Notes: generated by a model not told the origin, from the letters alone. A DNA stretch of 64,000 nucleotides from Cycas panzhihuaensis (GCA_023213395.1 CM041465.1:221905741-221969740); one strand, 5' to 3'; counted from the first letter of the stretch, positions 1 through 13,671 are shown. Made by a program: numbers and translations.

Positions 1-1390
1 TTGGGAGACAGGAACACTATAAATTTTTGGGAGGATGCATGGTGTAGTGAAAAAGGATTAAAGAACTATCACGTCTTAACTCCCCTTCAAGCCCCTTATG
101 AAAGATTGTATGGCATTCATGTGAAGGATTATTAGAATGGGAGGGGAAGAAGGAAAAGATGGAGGAATTTCAAGGAACTTCAGGGGGGGTCTTTTCCCCA
201 AGAAGGTGTCATCAAACTTAGAAAGATTCTTGGAAAATGCTATATACCTAAAGCGAATAGGGCAAACTCAGTAGTCTAGCCCTCAACCCAAACTGGGAAG
301 TACTCAGTGAAGCAAGGTTATCTTTATCTCTGTTCAAAGAGAGGGGATCAAAGAAATGAGACCTTGGAAGGCATATGGAACCTGGACCTTACCCCAAAGA
401 TAGTTATTTTTGGTGGATTTGCTTTAGGAACAAAATCCTAACAGTGGATAATCTTATGAATAGAGGATATTAGCTGACAAACAGGTGCATTCTTTGCCAT
501 AAAGAGGAGGAATATGTGGACCATATCTTCCTCTGGTGTTCTTACTCAGGTGAGGTCTAGAGACTTATGCTCGACCTCTTTGAGGTGCATTGGGTCTCTT
601 TTGGAAACATCGTAGATCAATGGACATCTTGACAGAACACATTCAGGAGTGGAGTTCTAGGTAACTTGTGGAAAAGTGTTATCCTCGTATTATCATGGAA
701 TCTATGGAAAGAAAGAAATAGAAGGATTTTTCAAGATAGACAGATGGACTCGAATGCTATTTTCAATGTTATCCTCACATAGATTCAGGAGAATGTTAAA
801 ATCATAGAGGAGAAGCATATGGTTATGACAGAAGGAAAGATGTTGCATAAGTGTGGGGATAAAACTGAAAATTAAGGAGGAGAAAAGAAGGATTTGTCCC
901 TAGGTCCCCCCTGAGGAGTACTAGTTAAAAGTAAATTTTGATGGAACTTAAAAAGGCAACCCTAGAGAAGCTAGTGGTGGTGGTATCTGCAGAAATGCTA
1001 AGGGGAAGCTCATATGGGCTTTTGTAGAGTACTATGATCAATAGACAAACCACTCTATGGAGATGGCAGCTATATTAAAATCCATAGATTTAGCCCTGGA
1101 AGGGGGCTTCAGTAGGGTGGTTATTAAGGGTGATTCTCTAATTGTAATAAATTTGTTGAAAGGCACAACTTCCCCAGACTAGAGATTTTAAACCATAATT
1201 AAAGATGCTCAGGATGCATTAAAGGACTTGGAGAATGTCCAGATTCAACACACCTTCAGGGAAGGTAATAAAGTGGCTAACCTCTTGGCTAATTGGGGGG
1301 TTAGGAATAGGAGATCTAATGTTTTTAGGGAGGGCATCCCTGAGGAACTTATGAAACTGGTTGAGATTGAAAGGATCCATGACATCTAGC
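1..1390 (+). pseudogene. LINE ORF2 C-terminus: zf-RVT domain plus RNase H domain (stops and frameshifts)
   Basis: Translated motifs: LGDRNTINFWEDAW, GKYSVKQGY, KILTVDNLMNRG..NRCILCHKEEEYVDHIFLWC, WNLWKERNRRIF, VKVNFDG, GDSLIVINLL, IQHTFREGNKVANLLANWG. Confidence 0.85.
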
Positions 1391-1568
1391 TATGGGGCTT
1401 GTCCTGGCATAATTATAATCTATGTGTTGAGATTATTATTATACTTAGGTCATGGGGTTGTTACGGTCCATCATGATCTAGATGACAAAATTATATTGAT
1501 ATATTATGTTGTGGGATCCTGTTTATAAACCCACATTTTATTCATTTTACCTTAATTAAAAAAAAAAG
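1..1568 (+). mobile_element. 3' end of an L1-clade LINE (non-LTR retrotransposon) with poly(A) tail, inserted in copia element A
   Basis: The decayed ORF2 C-terminus is followed by a short 3' UTR and an A-tract at ~1558-1568. Copia pol sequence resumes directly after it. Confidence 0.85.
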
Positions 1569-1689
1569 ATTTTCTAGATGGATTCAAAGGAATCACAATA
1601 TAGAAAACAATTTGGATAATGACTACAATAGAAGATCTACTCATTCCCACAGGGTGAATTTTGCCCTTATGAGTCGATTCATGGAGACT

Positions 1690-3215
1690 CATAAGCCTTA
1701 TATCTTTGACAAGGCCAATATGCATGATGATTGAAGAAAAGCAATGGAGGAGGTATATAACTCCATAGTGAAAAATGATACATGGGAACTCATTGATCTT
1801 CCCCCCAACAAAAAGGCCATTGATACCAAATGGGTCTATAAGACCAAGTTCAAATTTGATAGATCAATTAATAAATATTAGGCTAAACTCATCGTAAAAG
1901 GTTATATCCAAAGAGAAGGCATAGACTATAGTGAAATATTTACTCCTATTACATGCATGAAAATTATTCGCATGATGTTGAGTTTGGTAGCACAAAAGGG
2001 ATAGGAAGTTTACCAAATGGATGTTAAAAGTGCATTCCTTAATGGGTATATTGAAGAAGATATATATATCCATTATCCCCAAGGTTTTGAAGTCACGGGG
2101 GTAGAAGACAAAGTGTACAAGTTAACAAAGGCACTTTATGGACTAAAACAAGCATCCAGGACACAGTACTCCCGAATCGACAAATATTTCAAAGACCAAA
2201 GATTTGAAAGAACCCAATTGGATCCAAATTTATACATTAAGATCAAAGGAGACTTCATCCTAATAGTGGGACTTTATACAAATGATCTTGTCTACATAGG
2301 AAATGACTCCCATCTTTCGCAAAAATTTAAGGAAGATAAGTGTAAGGAGTTTGAAATAACAGATTTAGGTTTGATGCATTACTTCTTAGGTTTGGAAGTA
2401 TGGCAAGACGAAGATGGCATCTTCATTTCTCAAAGAAAATATACCTTCGACTTACTCCAAAAGTTCAAGATGAACAATTACAAAACCCTATCCATACTTG
2501 CTGAAGTTGGAATCAAGTTATCTAAACTTAATAAGTCTGCACGAGTCGATCCCACACTCTACAGATAATTAATTAGTAGTATGATTTATCTAACATCAAC
2601 ACGACCAAATATTATACATGTAGTTAGCGTAGTGTTAAGATTCATGCAAGATCCTAAGTCCACTCATTGGCAAGCAACAAAAAGGATCTTATAATACTTA
2701 AAGGGAATAATAGAATATGGGTTGCATTATAAACCTTCACCAAACTTCATATTAAATGGGTATACAGATTCATATTAGGCAAGTGATATTGATGATAGGA
2801 AATCTACTTTAGGATACACATTTAGTTTAGGTTTAGCAGCTATAGCATGGAGCACTAAGAAACAAAATATAGTTTCTCTATCTATAGCAGAAGTAGAGAA
2901 CAAAGCAACAGTTTTAGGGGCATGTAAAACAGTATGGTTATGATGACTCCTACAAGATTTTCAAATGGAACAAAAAGGACCAACCAAGATTTGGTGTGAT
3001 AAATAAAGCACCATTCAGATGACTTAGAATATAGTTTTTCATGGCAGAACTAAGCATATTGAAACTCAACATCACTTCATTTGAGAATTAGTCTAAGCAG
3101 GTGAGATCGAGTTAGTATATTGTAGCACAAAAGACTAAATAGTTGATATATTCATAAAACCATTAGGTAAAATCAAGTTCCATAAATTCAGAGATAAACT
3201 TGGAGTTTTACACAA
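1690..3215 (+). pseudogene. Copia reverse transcriptase-RNase H (degenerate; includes ORF 2017..2568)
   Basis: KAMEE.YNSIVKNDTWELIDLP, MDVKSAFLNG, KALYGLKQA, DLGLMHYFLGLEV, DDRKST, HGRTKHIE, VDIFIKPL. Many in-frame stops. Confidence 0.93.
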
Positions 3216-3234
3216 TGGATGTTATGGAGGAGAA

Positions 3235-3569
3235 AGGTGGAATAATATCTAATATTTAAAAAGATATGCAAGAGGTACCTAGGAAAGGAGCGAGCCACCA
3301 CCAGTTGACATCATGCCACCATTAGCCAACTTTGAGCTACCTCAAGCTGCATAAAGCTGACAAGGTAAGTATTTGAATTTGAATTTATTATTTTTTAATT
3401 TATCTTACTAATATTGGGTTGAGATGGTCTCTTGCCTCACCAAAACTATATATACTTAGGGAGTACATCCCTAGTGTTTTTCAACACTACCTACTATTTG
3501 GAATTTTGAATACTTTTGGTAACTATGGATTAATCAATATGTGATCTACTCTATCCTCTAAGTCCAACA
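3235..3569 (+). repeat. Putative 3' LTR of copia A
   Basis: Follows the PPT. Starts with a degenerate TGTTGGA (aggtgga) and ends TCCAACA. The partner LTR is outside the window. Confidence 0.6.
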
Positions 3570-3989
3570 ATCTCTAGAGGCCACACAGCCTCACCTAATA
3601 CAAGCAAATCCTCTCACCATATACCTCCATGCCCATATTAGGCATTAGTGTCGCTCTAACTCATAAGAGTACTCCTTAAGCTTCTTTTATTGAAGAGTGA
3701 AAATTTATATTAACCCCACTCCTCTTTAACCCCCAATCTAGGCCAAGGTCATTGATGACATAGACTACTTTAAGAATGATTAAACTTCTTAAAGCACCTC
3801 ACTAGGACCACGTTAAGCCTCCCCCTGAATCACCACAAGATAGGGTTTTGAAAATGCCTTAGCATAGGATCTCCATTAACTAATTTTTATTCATGTAAGC
3901 CAACCCAAACTTGTTCATTAAGTAGGCCCCATCTCAATTTGAGGAGAGAAATATTGTACTTTTAAGGGAGACCTTGGTATTATAATTGC

Positions 3990-6674
3990 TCTAGGAAAGG
4001 CCATTAAAGTGGATATGGAATACATTCTTAAGCAGATTTCCTAGTATAAGGAGTTATTTTGATAGTTCTAAGACATCTTCGCATGGGACTACACTAACAT
4101 GAAGGGCATTTATTATAATATCACCATTTATAACCTCATAACCCACCCAAGGGCTAGGCTAATCAAGAAAAAATAATATCTTATTTATCTTAATCTCTCA
4201 ACTACCATGAAAGAGGTTGAGAAGTTGCTAAATGCTAGCCTAATCAGGTCCATTAACTATCTAAGTTAAGTGTCTAATATAATCTTAATGGCCAACAAAA
4301 ATAGGTAGTTTACATTTACATTAAGTTTTAAGTTATTAGTAATACCTACCATAAAGACACCCTTCTCCTACTATACATTAATCAAATCATTAACAAGATG
4401 ATAGATTTCAAGGTCATCTCACGTATGGATGGTTTCTCTAAGCATAATCAGATCCAAATCTCACCTAAGAATAATTATAAGATGATATTCATAATGCCTT
4501 GGGGTTCCTTCACCTATAAGGCAATGCCCTTTGGCCTTGAAAATATTAGTGTAACATACTAGTACACCATGCACTTCATTTTTCATGACTTGATTAATAG
4601 GATCCTCAAAGTCTACATGGATGTCTTGTTAGGAGTCTCTTACATTGAGTTGACCATCTAGTAAACCTTCTTGAGATGCCCCAAGTATCATGTCAACCTA
4701 AACCCCTTGAAATATATCACTACAGGTAAACTATTATGGTTTGTGATCTTAAAATAAAGGATTAAAGTTGACCTTAAAAAGGTGAGGGTAATTCTCAAGA
4801 TGCCCCCTCTTAGAACTCAAACTCAAAACTAATCTTCCCTTGAGAAACTTATATTTCTTTGATGCTTCTTGATAAACTTTACCTTAGACATAAAACCACT
4901 CACTGGCCTCCTCAAGAAGGGGGTCTCCTTCATTTAAACATTAATTTTCTAAGTTATATTTGATGAACTTAAATAAGGGCTTGTTTTGGCCCTAACCTTA
5001 GCACCATTAGACTTTAACAAATTGTTCATTCTTTATACATTCCCCCTAGACAAGTCACTTGGGGCCATGTTGGCCTAAGAGGATGATCTAGCAATTAAAT
5101 ATGCAGTCTAATTCATTAGTTATACTATTGTCATGATAGAACTTAACTACATGTTGATGGAGAAAGAGTGTATGGCTCTTGCCTTTACCATTAAAAAATT
5201 TTATTACTATTTGCTTAGGAACACCATATTAGTGAATATTTAATTGAATTTACTTTACTTCCTTTTGTCCAAATCTAACCTCACAAGGTAAGCATGAAAG
5301 TGAGTACTTCTACTACATGAGTACAAACTCTAAATGGTCAATTGAAAGTCTAAAAAGAGGATGGTTATTGCTAAGCAACATGCTCATGCACCTCTTCCAA
5401 ATCCCACCAATATACTAATCTATAATTCACTCCTAAATAAGCCAATCATAGTTATAAACACGATTGAAGACAAGTGGTATGGAGACATTATTTGGTACTT
5501 GATCCACTAGGTCTATTTAGATGATACAAGCTTAAAGCAAAAGTAGTATATTAAGACCATGGCCAACCAATATTTCTTAATTAACAAGATGTTATACAAG
5601 AGGTCTTTTAAGGGAGTCCTCCTTTGGTGCCTCAATCTTAATGAGACCTATGAGATCCTTTGCAAGTGTCATGATGGGTTATATAAGGGAATTTTAGAGG
5701 ATAATTTGCAACCTAAAGTATAGTCTACTCAAATATGCACATAACTACATTTAGAAATTCAAGAAGTTCTAGATGCATTTGAATGTCATTTGCAAGCCTT
5801 TTAAGGCCCTTCATGTTATTATATAAGCTTGGTCTTTTTCTTAATAGGGATTACACCTAATTAGGGCTATTACACCTCCATCTTCCTTGAAATGTACATT
5901 CATCCTAACTAAGATAAAGTATTTTTTTAAATAGGTAAAAGTAATCTCTTTGTCCCCTACCATTGAGAAAGTAGTCATAACATTTATCTTCCAACATAAC
6001 ATTTGCTAGTTTAGAGTCCTAGATGCTCTAATCATAAATAATGGAACTCTATTTTATAATAAAGAGGTAGATAAACTTTATGATAAGTTTTGCATCATAT
6101 ATAAAACCACATCCTCATGCTAACCACAAGTAAATAGGCAAATTGAGGCTTTTAATAAAGCCTTGGTCTTGATCCTCAAAAACATGATGTCAAAGTCTCA
6201 ATAAGACAGCCAGACCCAATTAAATCATGTACTCTTGATCCTATTATATGTCCATTTAGATTACTATGGCCTTGACCCTATTTTCCCTTATTTATGAATT
6301 AGAGGCAATCCCCCTCCTCAAGGTAAAAGTTCCTTCACTAAGAGTGTCTCTTAAAGGGTATGCAAATAAGGAATGGTATCAGCAAGCTTACTTATTACAC
6401 TTAGAGGCCTTAGATGAAACTTGTCCCATGGTTTATCAAAAGAATCTTGCCTCTAAAGCCAACATTAAAATCATACATGATAAACACTTACAACTTTACA
6501 AATTCTCCCTTGGGGACATTGTCCTCAAACTAGAATACTTGTGTGCCCAAGTAGATTAGGCCATTTACAATGCTCAAAGATCTTTCTAATAGTGCCTATA
6601 GAATCGCCATGCTCAAAGGACTTGAAATCAAGAAATTTATTAATGGCCAATTTTTCAAAAAATATTTTATTTAA
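3990..6674 (+). pseudogene. Gypsy pol: RT, RNase H, integrase (degenerate; includes ORF 6266..6559)
   Basis: DIFAWDYTNMKGI, MDGFS.HNQIQI, PWGSFTYKAMPFGL, VYMD, EKECMALAF, DKWYGDII.YL, LLWCL..CHDG, PQVNRQIEAFNK, INGQFFKKYFI*. Confidence 0.88.
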
Positions 6675-6688
6675 TCTTAAGTTGTATT

Positions 6689-7290
6689 ACTCTAAAATAA
6701 GCCTAAACTACTTGTGCTCTAAAATGAGCTTAAACTACCCTATGCTCCACCATGAGCCTAAAACATATTACACTCTACCATAAGCCCAAATTAGAACCTT
6801 GCTTTAGAATAATGGTAAACTACCAACACTCCATGATGAGTATAAACTTACTAACACCCTAAGTAAGAGTATAAACTATATTCTCCCCTAAGTGACACGG
6901 TGGAGGGTGCATCATACTTTGTAATAAGTATAAACTAGTTGTGCTTTGTCATAAGTGTAAATTATCACATGTAAATATTATTAACAAAACCCAATAAAAA
7001 ACATTAAAAAATAAAAATCTCAAAAACTCATACTCCTCTATGAGTATAAAATAGATTTCACACTTCTCTATGAGTATAAACTAGAATTGACACTCCTATA
7101 TAAGTATAAATTAGTTAATACTCTGCTATCAGTATAAATTATCAATGCACTCCTCTATGAGTGTAAATTAGCCTTGAACTCTAAGCAAGAGTATAAACTA
7201 CACTCCCCCTAAGTCATGCACTTAAAGGCACTACATTTCATAATGAGTGTAAACTAACTAAACTCCCCCCATAGTTTAAACTAGGCATCA
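6689..7290 (+). repeat. Degenerate tandem array A1, 27-30 bp period, core ACTC..N.ATGAG(T/C)(A/C)TAAACTA
   Basis: Units at ~6689, 6716, 6744, 6772, 6801, 6828, 6856; an A-rich gap; then 7031, 7061, 7091, 7119, 7149, 7178. Confidence 0.8.
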
Positions 7291-7576
7291 CACTCTGCAA
7301 AAAGGATAAGTAACTTTCATTAAACCATTTGAGTCTCATCTAATATCATGTGTATGTTAGATAAAATCTTAATGATCATGTAAGAGTACTATCACAAAGT
7401 GGTATAAGCCTTGGTTTTCAAACATATATTGACCTTCTAATGCTTTATAATAAGGATAAACTAACTAAAGTTCTCTAAGAATCAAAATTGGACATCATTC
7501 CATGAGACCAAGGTATAACCAAGCTACTTAAAATTTGAAAAATCTTCTAAAATTTTATATTTTGGCCTTTTTTCAT

Positions 7577-7816
7577 TGCACCATTATGCAGTCTCATAAT
7601 GTCTTGAATCTCATAATGGAATGAGATGCCCTATTATAATTTTTGTAATGAAGCATCTTGCCCCATTATGAAATTTAAAATGGGCCATGATGCCTTATCA
7701 TAAAAATAATAATAGAGCGAGTTTGCTTTATTAGAATTTTCATAATAGGGCTACTTGTCTCATTACATTTTTCATAATAAGGTGTAATGCTCTATTCTAA
7801 AAATTAGCATGGAGTA
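7577..7816. repeat. Array of imperfect palindromes B1 (about 32 bp period, TGCCCYATTATG-loop-CATAATGGGGCA)
   Basis: Units at 7627, 7659, 7691, 7724, 7756 and 7788, each an imperfect inverted repeat. Confidence 0.7.
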
Positions 7817-8372
7817 CTACATGCCACTTTAAAACACAACAAGATAAGAAAATTAACTTCTTGTAGTTTTGATAACCCATATGTGGACTTGTATTCTAAC
7901 ATCTTTGTCACAAAATACAATCACCTATAGTTATCCCATGTGATCCTTATTATAATAGACACTTATAAAATACTATGTAGCCTTCATGAGGTCCCTTCCC
8001 CATGTATTTCTCTTAGTATTATGTCCAGAGAAAACTTGTACAAACAACCCAAATATTCCCTATAGTTTGGCCATTAAGGATTTGCCTTCAGGTTCCCACA
8101 TACCTTGTTATTAGTATGTTTTACCATGTATTAGCTCTTCATTAATTTACTTCTCAAACCAAAAATAATAATTACACCTACCATGTCCTAACAAACATCA
8201 TATAATAACTATAGCTAGCTTGGTCTCAAAAGTTAACATGAGATTAAATGAAGTGTTCCACCTAGAAAGTGAGTTTAGAAATGTTTGGTTCACTATAACC
8301 CTCATATGAACCATCATATGGTATGATATACTCCACATTAAAAATAATAATAATAATAACAATAAATATTTC

Positions 8373-8803
8373 TATTAGAAATCATAATACTCACTCAAAT
8401 ATCTTATAAGAAATCAAGAAGAAATAGAGCCTTGATACCACGTAATAAATCACAGATAAACAAGGATCATTTATGTATATAACAAGCATGAAAATAATCA
8501 AGAAAATAATAGAATATATGTGGAAAACCCTTTTAGGAAAAAACTCACAACCAAAGATCTATTGATTAAATTGATACAAAATAACCCGTCATCTGTCATC
8601 ATCATGTACAATCAATTTAGATCCCTTCATATAGATCCAAGAATGTTAGATATGTTAGCTTACATTAATTTCATCATAATAAACTGTGTATAATATCTGC
8701 CATATATAATGCATTATAACAATATCATGGTTATATGTCACATCATGCCACATGCGCCACATTAAACATTAGATGGTCGAGTGAATTAGTGACCACTCTA
8801 ACA
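8373..8803 (-). repeat. 3' LTR of copia B
   Basis: Direct repeat of 13672-14105, adjacent to the PPT. Confidence 0.9.
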
Positions 8804-9074
8804 TCCCTTCTTAATGTTAATGTAGGTTTTGTCAACAATATGCATGTTAACACCCTTTTATCCTCAATCTATGTCGATCAAGACTAGTCTACCTTACTCT
8901 TTTTCTTGTTAATTAGTTGATGAAGTATCCTATCAATTATCAATAGCCTTATTGATGAGTTCTAGACCATCCTTTGTTAATAGCTCTATCTTATGATAAG
9001 AGTTGAATATTCCCTTATTGATGTCAATAAATACTATCCTTATTGATAGATCCCTCCTTAAGGATAACTTTACT

Positions 9075-12000
9075 TAATCTCAATTATATGCAAATTTTAA
9101 TGAAGAGATCTTCAGTAAAAGCTTTGGTGAACATGTCCATAATTTATTCCTCACTTGGACAAAATTTGACCTATAACTTCCCTAATCTAATTTGCTCATG
9201 GATTTAATGACACTGGATCTTGATATGCTTTATACATATGTGAAACTCTAGATTCTTAGAATGTAAAATAGCACTTTGATTATTAATATGTATGATAAGT
9301 ATGCTAGATGAAATTCTAAGCATCTCTAATAGTCTTTCTAACCATACAGCTTCCCTTGCACTAATACTTAGTCCCTAGTACTCAACCTCTGTAGATGACA
9401 ATACAATGATAGTCTACTTTTTGGTTTGCCATGATACAAAAGTATTGTTAATGCCAAAAATATATCCTAAAATCAATTTTTGATCTTCTAAATCTCCATC
9501 CTAATTTGCATCTATTTATCCATGCAAGTATACCTCTCCACCATGAAGGTATTCAAGGCTAAAATTAAATGATCCCTTCACATACTTCAAAATCCTTTTG
9601 ACAGTAACCCAATAAGGCTCTTGGGGATTCTATATGAAAAGGGAAACAAATCTAACAATATAGGTAACATTAGGCCTAGTATGAGTTAAATAAATCAAAC
9701 TCCTTGCTATGTGCTGATATAAAGTCCCATCTACAGTTGGATTATCCATATCCTTCAAAAGCTTTGTGCCCTTAACACATGGTATCTTTGCTAGTTTACA
9801 ATCCTTCATGCTAAATCTCTCAAGCAAGTTTACAACATGTCTCACTTGTGACAATATGATGTGATCCTCCATTTTCCTAACTTTAATTCCCAAGAAGTAA
9901 TGAAGTTGACTGAAATCTGTCATATCAAAAGTGTGTCCTAAATAGGACTTTGTCATTGTAATAGTTTTGTTATAGTTGCCTATAAGAATAAGGTCATCAA
10001 CATACAACACAACAATAACTATTATCAAACCACTCTTTTAAATATAAAGATTCAATTCTAATCCAGTCAACACAAACCCATCTTCCTTCAATTTAGCATC
10101 TATCTTCTTATACCAAGCACGTGGTGCTTATTTCAGGCCATAGAGAGATTTTTTCAATTGACATACTAAATGCTTATTATCTTTCTTAATAAATCCTAGA
10201 GGTTGCAACAAGTAAATCTCCTCCTTTAGATCTCTATTAAGAAATGTGGACTTAACGTCCATTTGGTATAACTCCCAACTATACATAGTTGCAAGAGTAA
10301 GGATTAATTAGACCATTAACATCTTAGAGACTAGTGTAAATGTCTCCTCATAATTGATTCCTTCTTTCTATTTGACACCTTGTGCAACAAGTCGAGCCTT
10401 ATGCCTGTCAACCTCTCCATTAGAGTAATATTTTATCTTGTAGACATACTTATAATTGACTATGTTCTTGAAGGGAGGTAAGGAATCAAATCCCATATAT
10501 CATTCTTCATAATTGATATGTACTCCTCCTCCATTAGAGCTCTCCATTGCTAGTCTTATTTTGCCTCCTTATATAAAATGGGATATCACTAGAGTCATTA
10601 TTGTCCACCACAAAAGTCTAACTAGCATATTGTCTCCTTATTCATCAATTATCTGTAAGCTCTTCTATTATCATGCTGGAGTCTTTAATAGTCCTCCTCA
10701 CCCATAAAAGAACATAGGGTATTATTCGTGCCTCATTATATAATGGCTCTTCATTAATACTTCTTCTTATTCCTACTTCTAATCTTATTAGCATAATGTT
10801 AAACTCTTAAACCTTAGCACATCTATTGAAAAATCAACTAAGAAAAGGAAGAAGTAGAGGATAAAACTTGTCTTTAGATGTTTTTTTAGCATGGTATATT
10901 AATGACTCATCAAACTTAACATCCTAATAAATCATAAATTTTTTCTTCTATGGATCTCATAGTCTATAAGCTTTACACTCTTCTAAGTACCTTACAAAAA
11001 TACACTTCAAATTCTTATGATCCAACTTCTTGCGATGTTTGTCAAGGATGGGTGCATATGCAGTGTACCTAAATACTTTTAAAAAAATAATGGAAGGTTT
11101 ATGATTGGTCTAATATTCTTCATGGGTAATGCCACAAATAACCTTCATTAGGACCCTATTCAAAATATAAATAACTATTGACATAACTTCTACCAAAAAT
11201 ATTAGCAATACGTTTTTCAAATGTATTATACACCTTGCCATCTCTATCATGATATGGTTCTTCCTTTCTGTAATACCATTTTGTTGTGGGGTATATAGGA
11301 CAGTCAACTTCCATTTAATACCATGATCAAGGTAGAACTATTTAAGGTATTATTATCATACTCCTTTCTATTATCACTTCTTAAAATCTTTATTTTTTTA
11401 TTACACTCATTTTTGACACAATTTTTCCTTTCATAAAAATTTTTAAATACATCAGACATGCTCTTGAAAAAGAATAGCCAATCTTTCCTACTGAAATCAT
11501 CTACAAACACAAGAATATATCGAGCACCAAAAATAGAAGGATTGGATAATAAATTCATTAAGTCAGTATAGACAAGTTCTAACTTTTCCTTCACTCTTCA
11601 AGCATAATTTCTAGCAAATAGATAGTGATGATGCTTTCCATATGCACATCCTTCACAAATGCCTTCTAAACAAGCAACATGTGGTAACCCTACCACCATA
11701 TGTAATCTTTTCATCAAGTTGATTCTTTTATAGTGACTCAATCATTCATACCATAACTTACTCTTGTTATCAGTTTTGGTGACAAAATCATAAGAAAGTT
11801 TTTTATCTTTGAATTTCTCAAACACCCAAAAATTATCCTATACTCTCCTAATAGTAACAATAGAGAAGTTCTTCTTCCTTAACTATATATATGTTATTAT
11901 AAAGTTCAATTTTCATACCTTGTTTACAAATTTCCTAGGGAGACAGAAGATTTAACTTCATGGTCAATACATAGTACATGTTATTGAATATACCCCCTTC

Positions 12001-13040
12001 AAGTGAAATGGAACCAATTCCTTCCATAGGCAAAGCATAAGCATCTCTAAGAATGACAATTATGTCACTTGTACCTTCATAAAAAGCAATAAAGTTTTGC
12101 TTCTAATAGGTTATGTGCCTTTATGTACCTAAGTAGAGGATTCAGTAATCTTTCCAACCAGACTCAATTATTGTCGATAATGTCGATATAGTTGACAATG
12201 TCAATACCTGAATACAATATGCTATAACATTCTTTCCTTTGTCAACTCGGTTAACATTATACTTGACCCACTTCTTGAACTAATAATACTTTTCTTTGTA
12301 GGCCCTCTTTCTTGTAGTAGTTACATTTACTTATGAACTTCTTCTTCTCCTGAGACAATTCACTTGTTAGCTATGTAAACTTTCCCTCTTAAATAACATC
12401 CTTTCTCTGCATCTTCATGACCAAAGTTAGCATCCTTTCTCTACATCTTTATGATCCAGCAAGTACTCCATGATGCTTCATCTCAGTGTCCTCTACTAGA
12501 ATCAGGTTTTTCAATGACTCAGATGATTCACCTTCCATAGCTTCATAGACAGTTTAGAAGGTTCCAAATACAATAGGCAACTTTGACATAATAATAATAA
12601 TAAAATAATGCATCATCGATTAAGTTTGACTTTAATTCGTCCAATTTGTTCTTTAAATCGATTATCTTCTTTAGATAAATACTAATGTCATTCTCATCCT
12701 TAACTTTGAAATTCAATAATTCTATCATGAGAATAAGATGTCTATTAGTTTTCTTTTCTTTAAATGTCTTACATAGCTTGGTCTAGATTTCATGTGGGGT
12801 TTTAAGCTTGTGAACTAATGCTCTCTAGTTTAGAGCCAAAGATAACATCAACAACTTAACAACCACGAATTGTTTCTCCTCAGCATGAATACGTTCTTTT
12901 TAGTCTAAAGGGATGGATACAACTTTAGATTTAGTAACAACCCAAAGCTTATTAAACATTAGGACTAACTCCATATTTGTGTTCTATTTGTTAAAGTTAT
13001 TCCCATTAAACGTTATGAGAGGAACTAACTTTTCTATAAC
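9075..13040 (-). pseudogene. Copia gag-pol of element B (ORF pieces 9630..10028, 11110..11307, 11304..11594, 12543..12728)
   Basis: RT LYVDDLIL and HYFLGIKV; INT LELVYTD, FVDDFSRK, LRSDNRKEY, YTPQQNGITERKN; gag remnant near 12550-13030. Confidence 0.92.
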
Positions 13041-13671
13041 AAAAAATAGGCAAATATGTAGATTCTAAACCACCCTTTAATAGAATTATCTAGACCCCTT
13101 ACAAGTCTACCTTAAAATAAATGCAATGATGCCTTATATCAATCGACACATTCGTTGAGTGATATCTTCATCGACTGATATTTTCTATAGTGGTAAACCT
13201 CATCAATTGAGGTAACAACCACTTCGTTGATTGAGGCAATGACCACTTTGGCGATTGACTATGGCTATGCCAAACCCAAACAATCCAATATCTCCTTTGT
13301 GTTTGTCTATTATAATTGTTGCTTCTGCTAACTAATGACAACTCTATAATATCAACTTTTGTTAAGTGGGCAATGAAGAATCATCTGCATCAACTCTTAA
13401 ACCTTTAACTTATGATACGAATAGTCAATCAATCAAATAATTGCTCTGCCAATGGCTTAGAGAATGGATATGAATATGTAGAATAGATCTAACACTAAGA
13501 AAACATATGGGCTACAAATAAAGCTATCATCACATCACCATGGTAGCTTTTTCAATTGTTGATAAAGATCGATTCTCAATAAAGGGTTGAGCTAACACTA
13601 TCTACCAACTTGTGATTTGATTAATCTATACAACTTTGCCTACTAGTATATATCCATCACCTTTAATACCA

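Larger units (their letters stand above)
1569..3569 (+). mobile_element. Ty1/copia element A, 3' part (RT, RNase H, PPT, 3' LTR), nested in the Tat-like gypsy element
   Basis: Copia RT/RNase H motifs. Purine tract GGAGGAGAA at 3226-3234. LTR-like 3235-3569 with a TATA box, ending TCCAACA. Confidence 0.85.

Noticed and set aside
6689-7290. CRISPR-like repeat-spacer array
   Set aside because: Units are degenerate, linkers are only ~6-8 bp, and the array lies in a gypsy 3' region where tandem repeats are expected.
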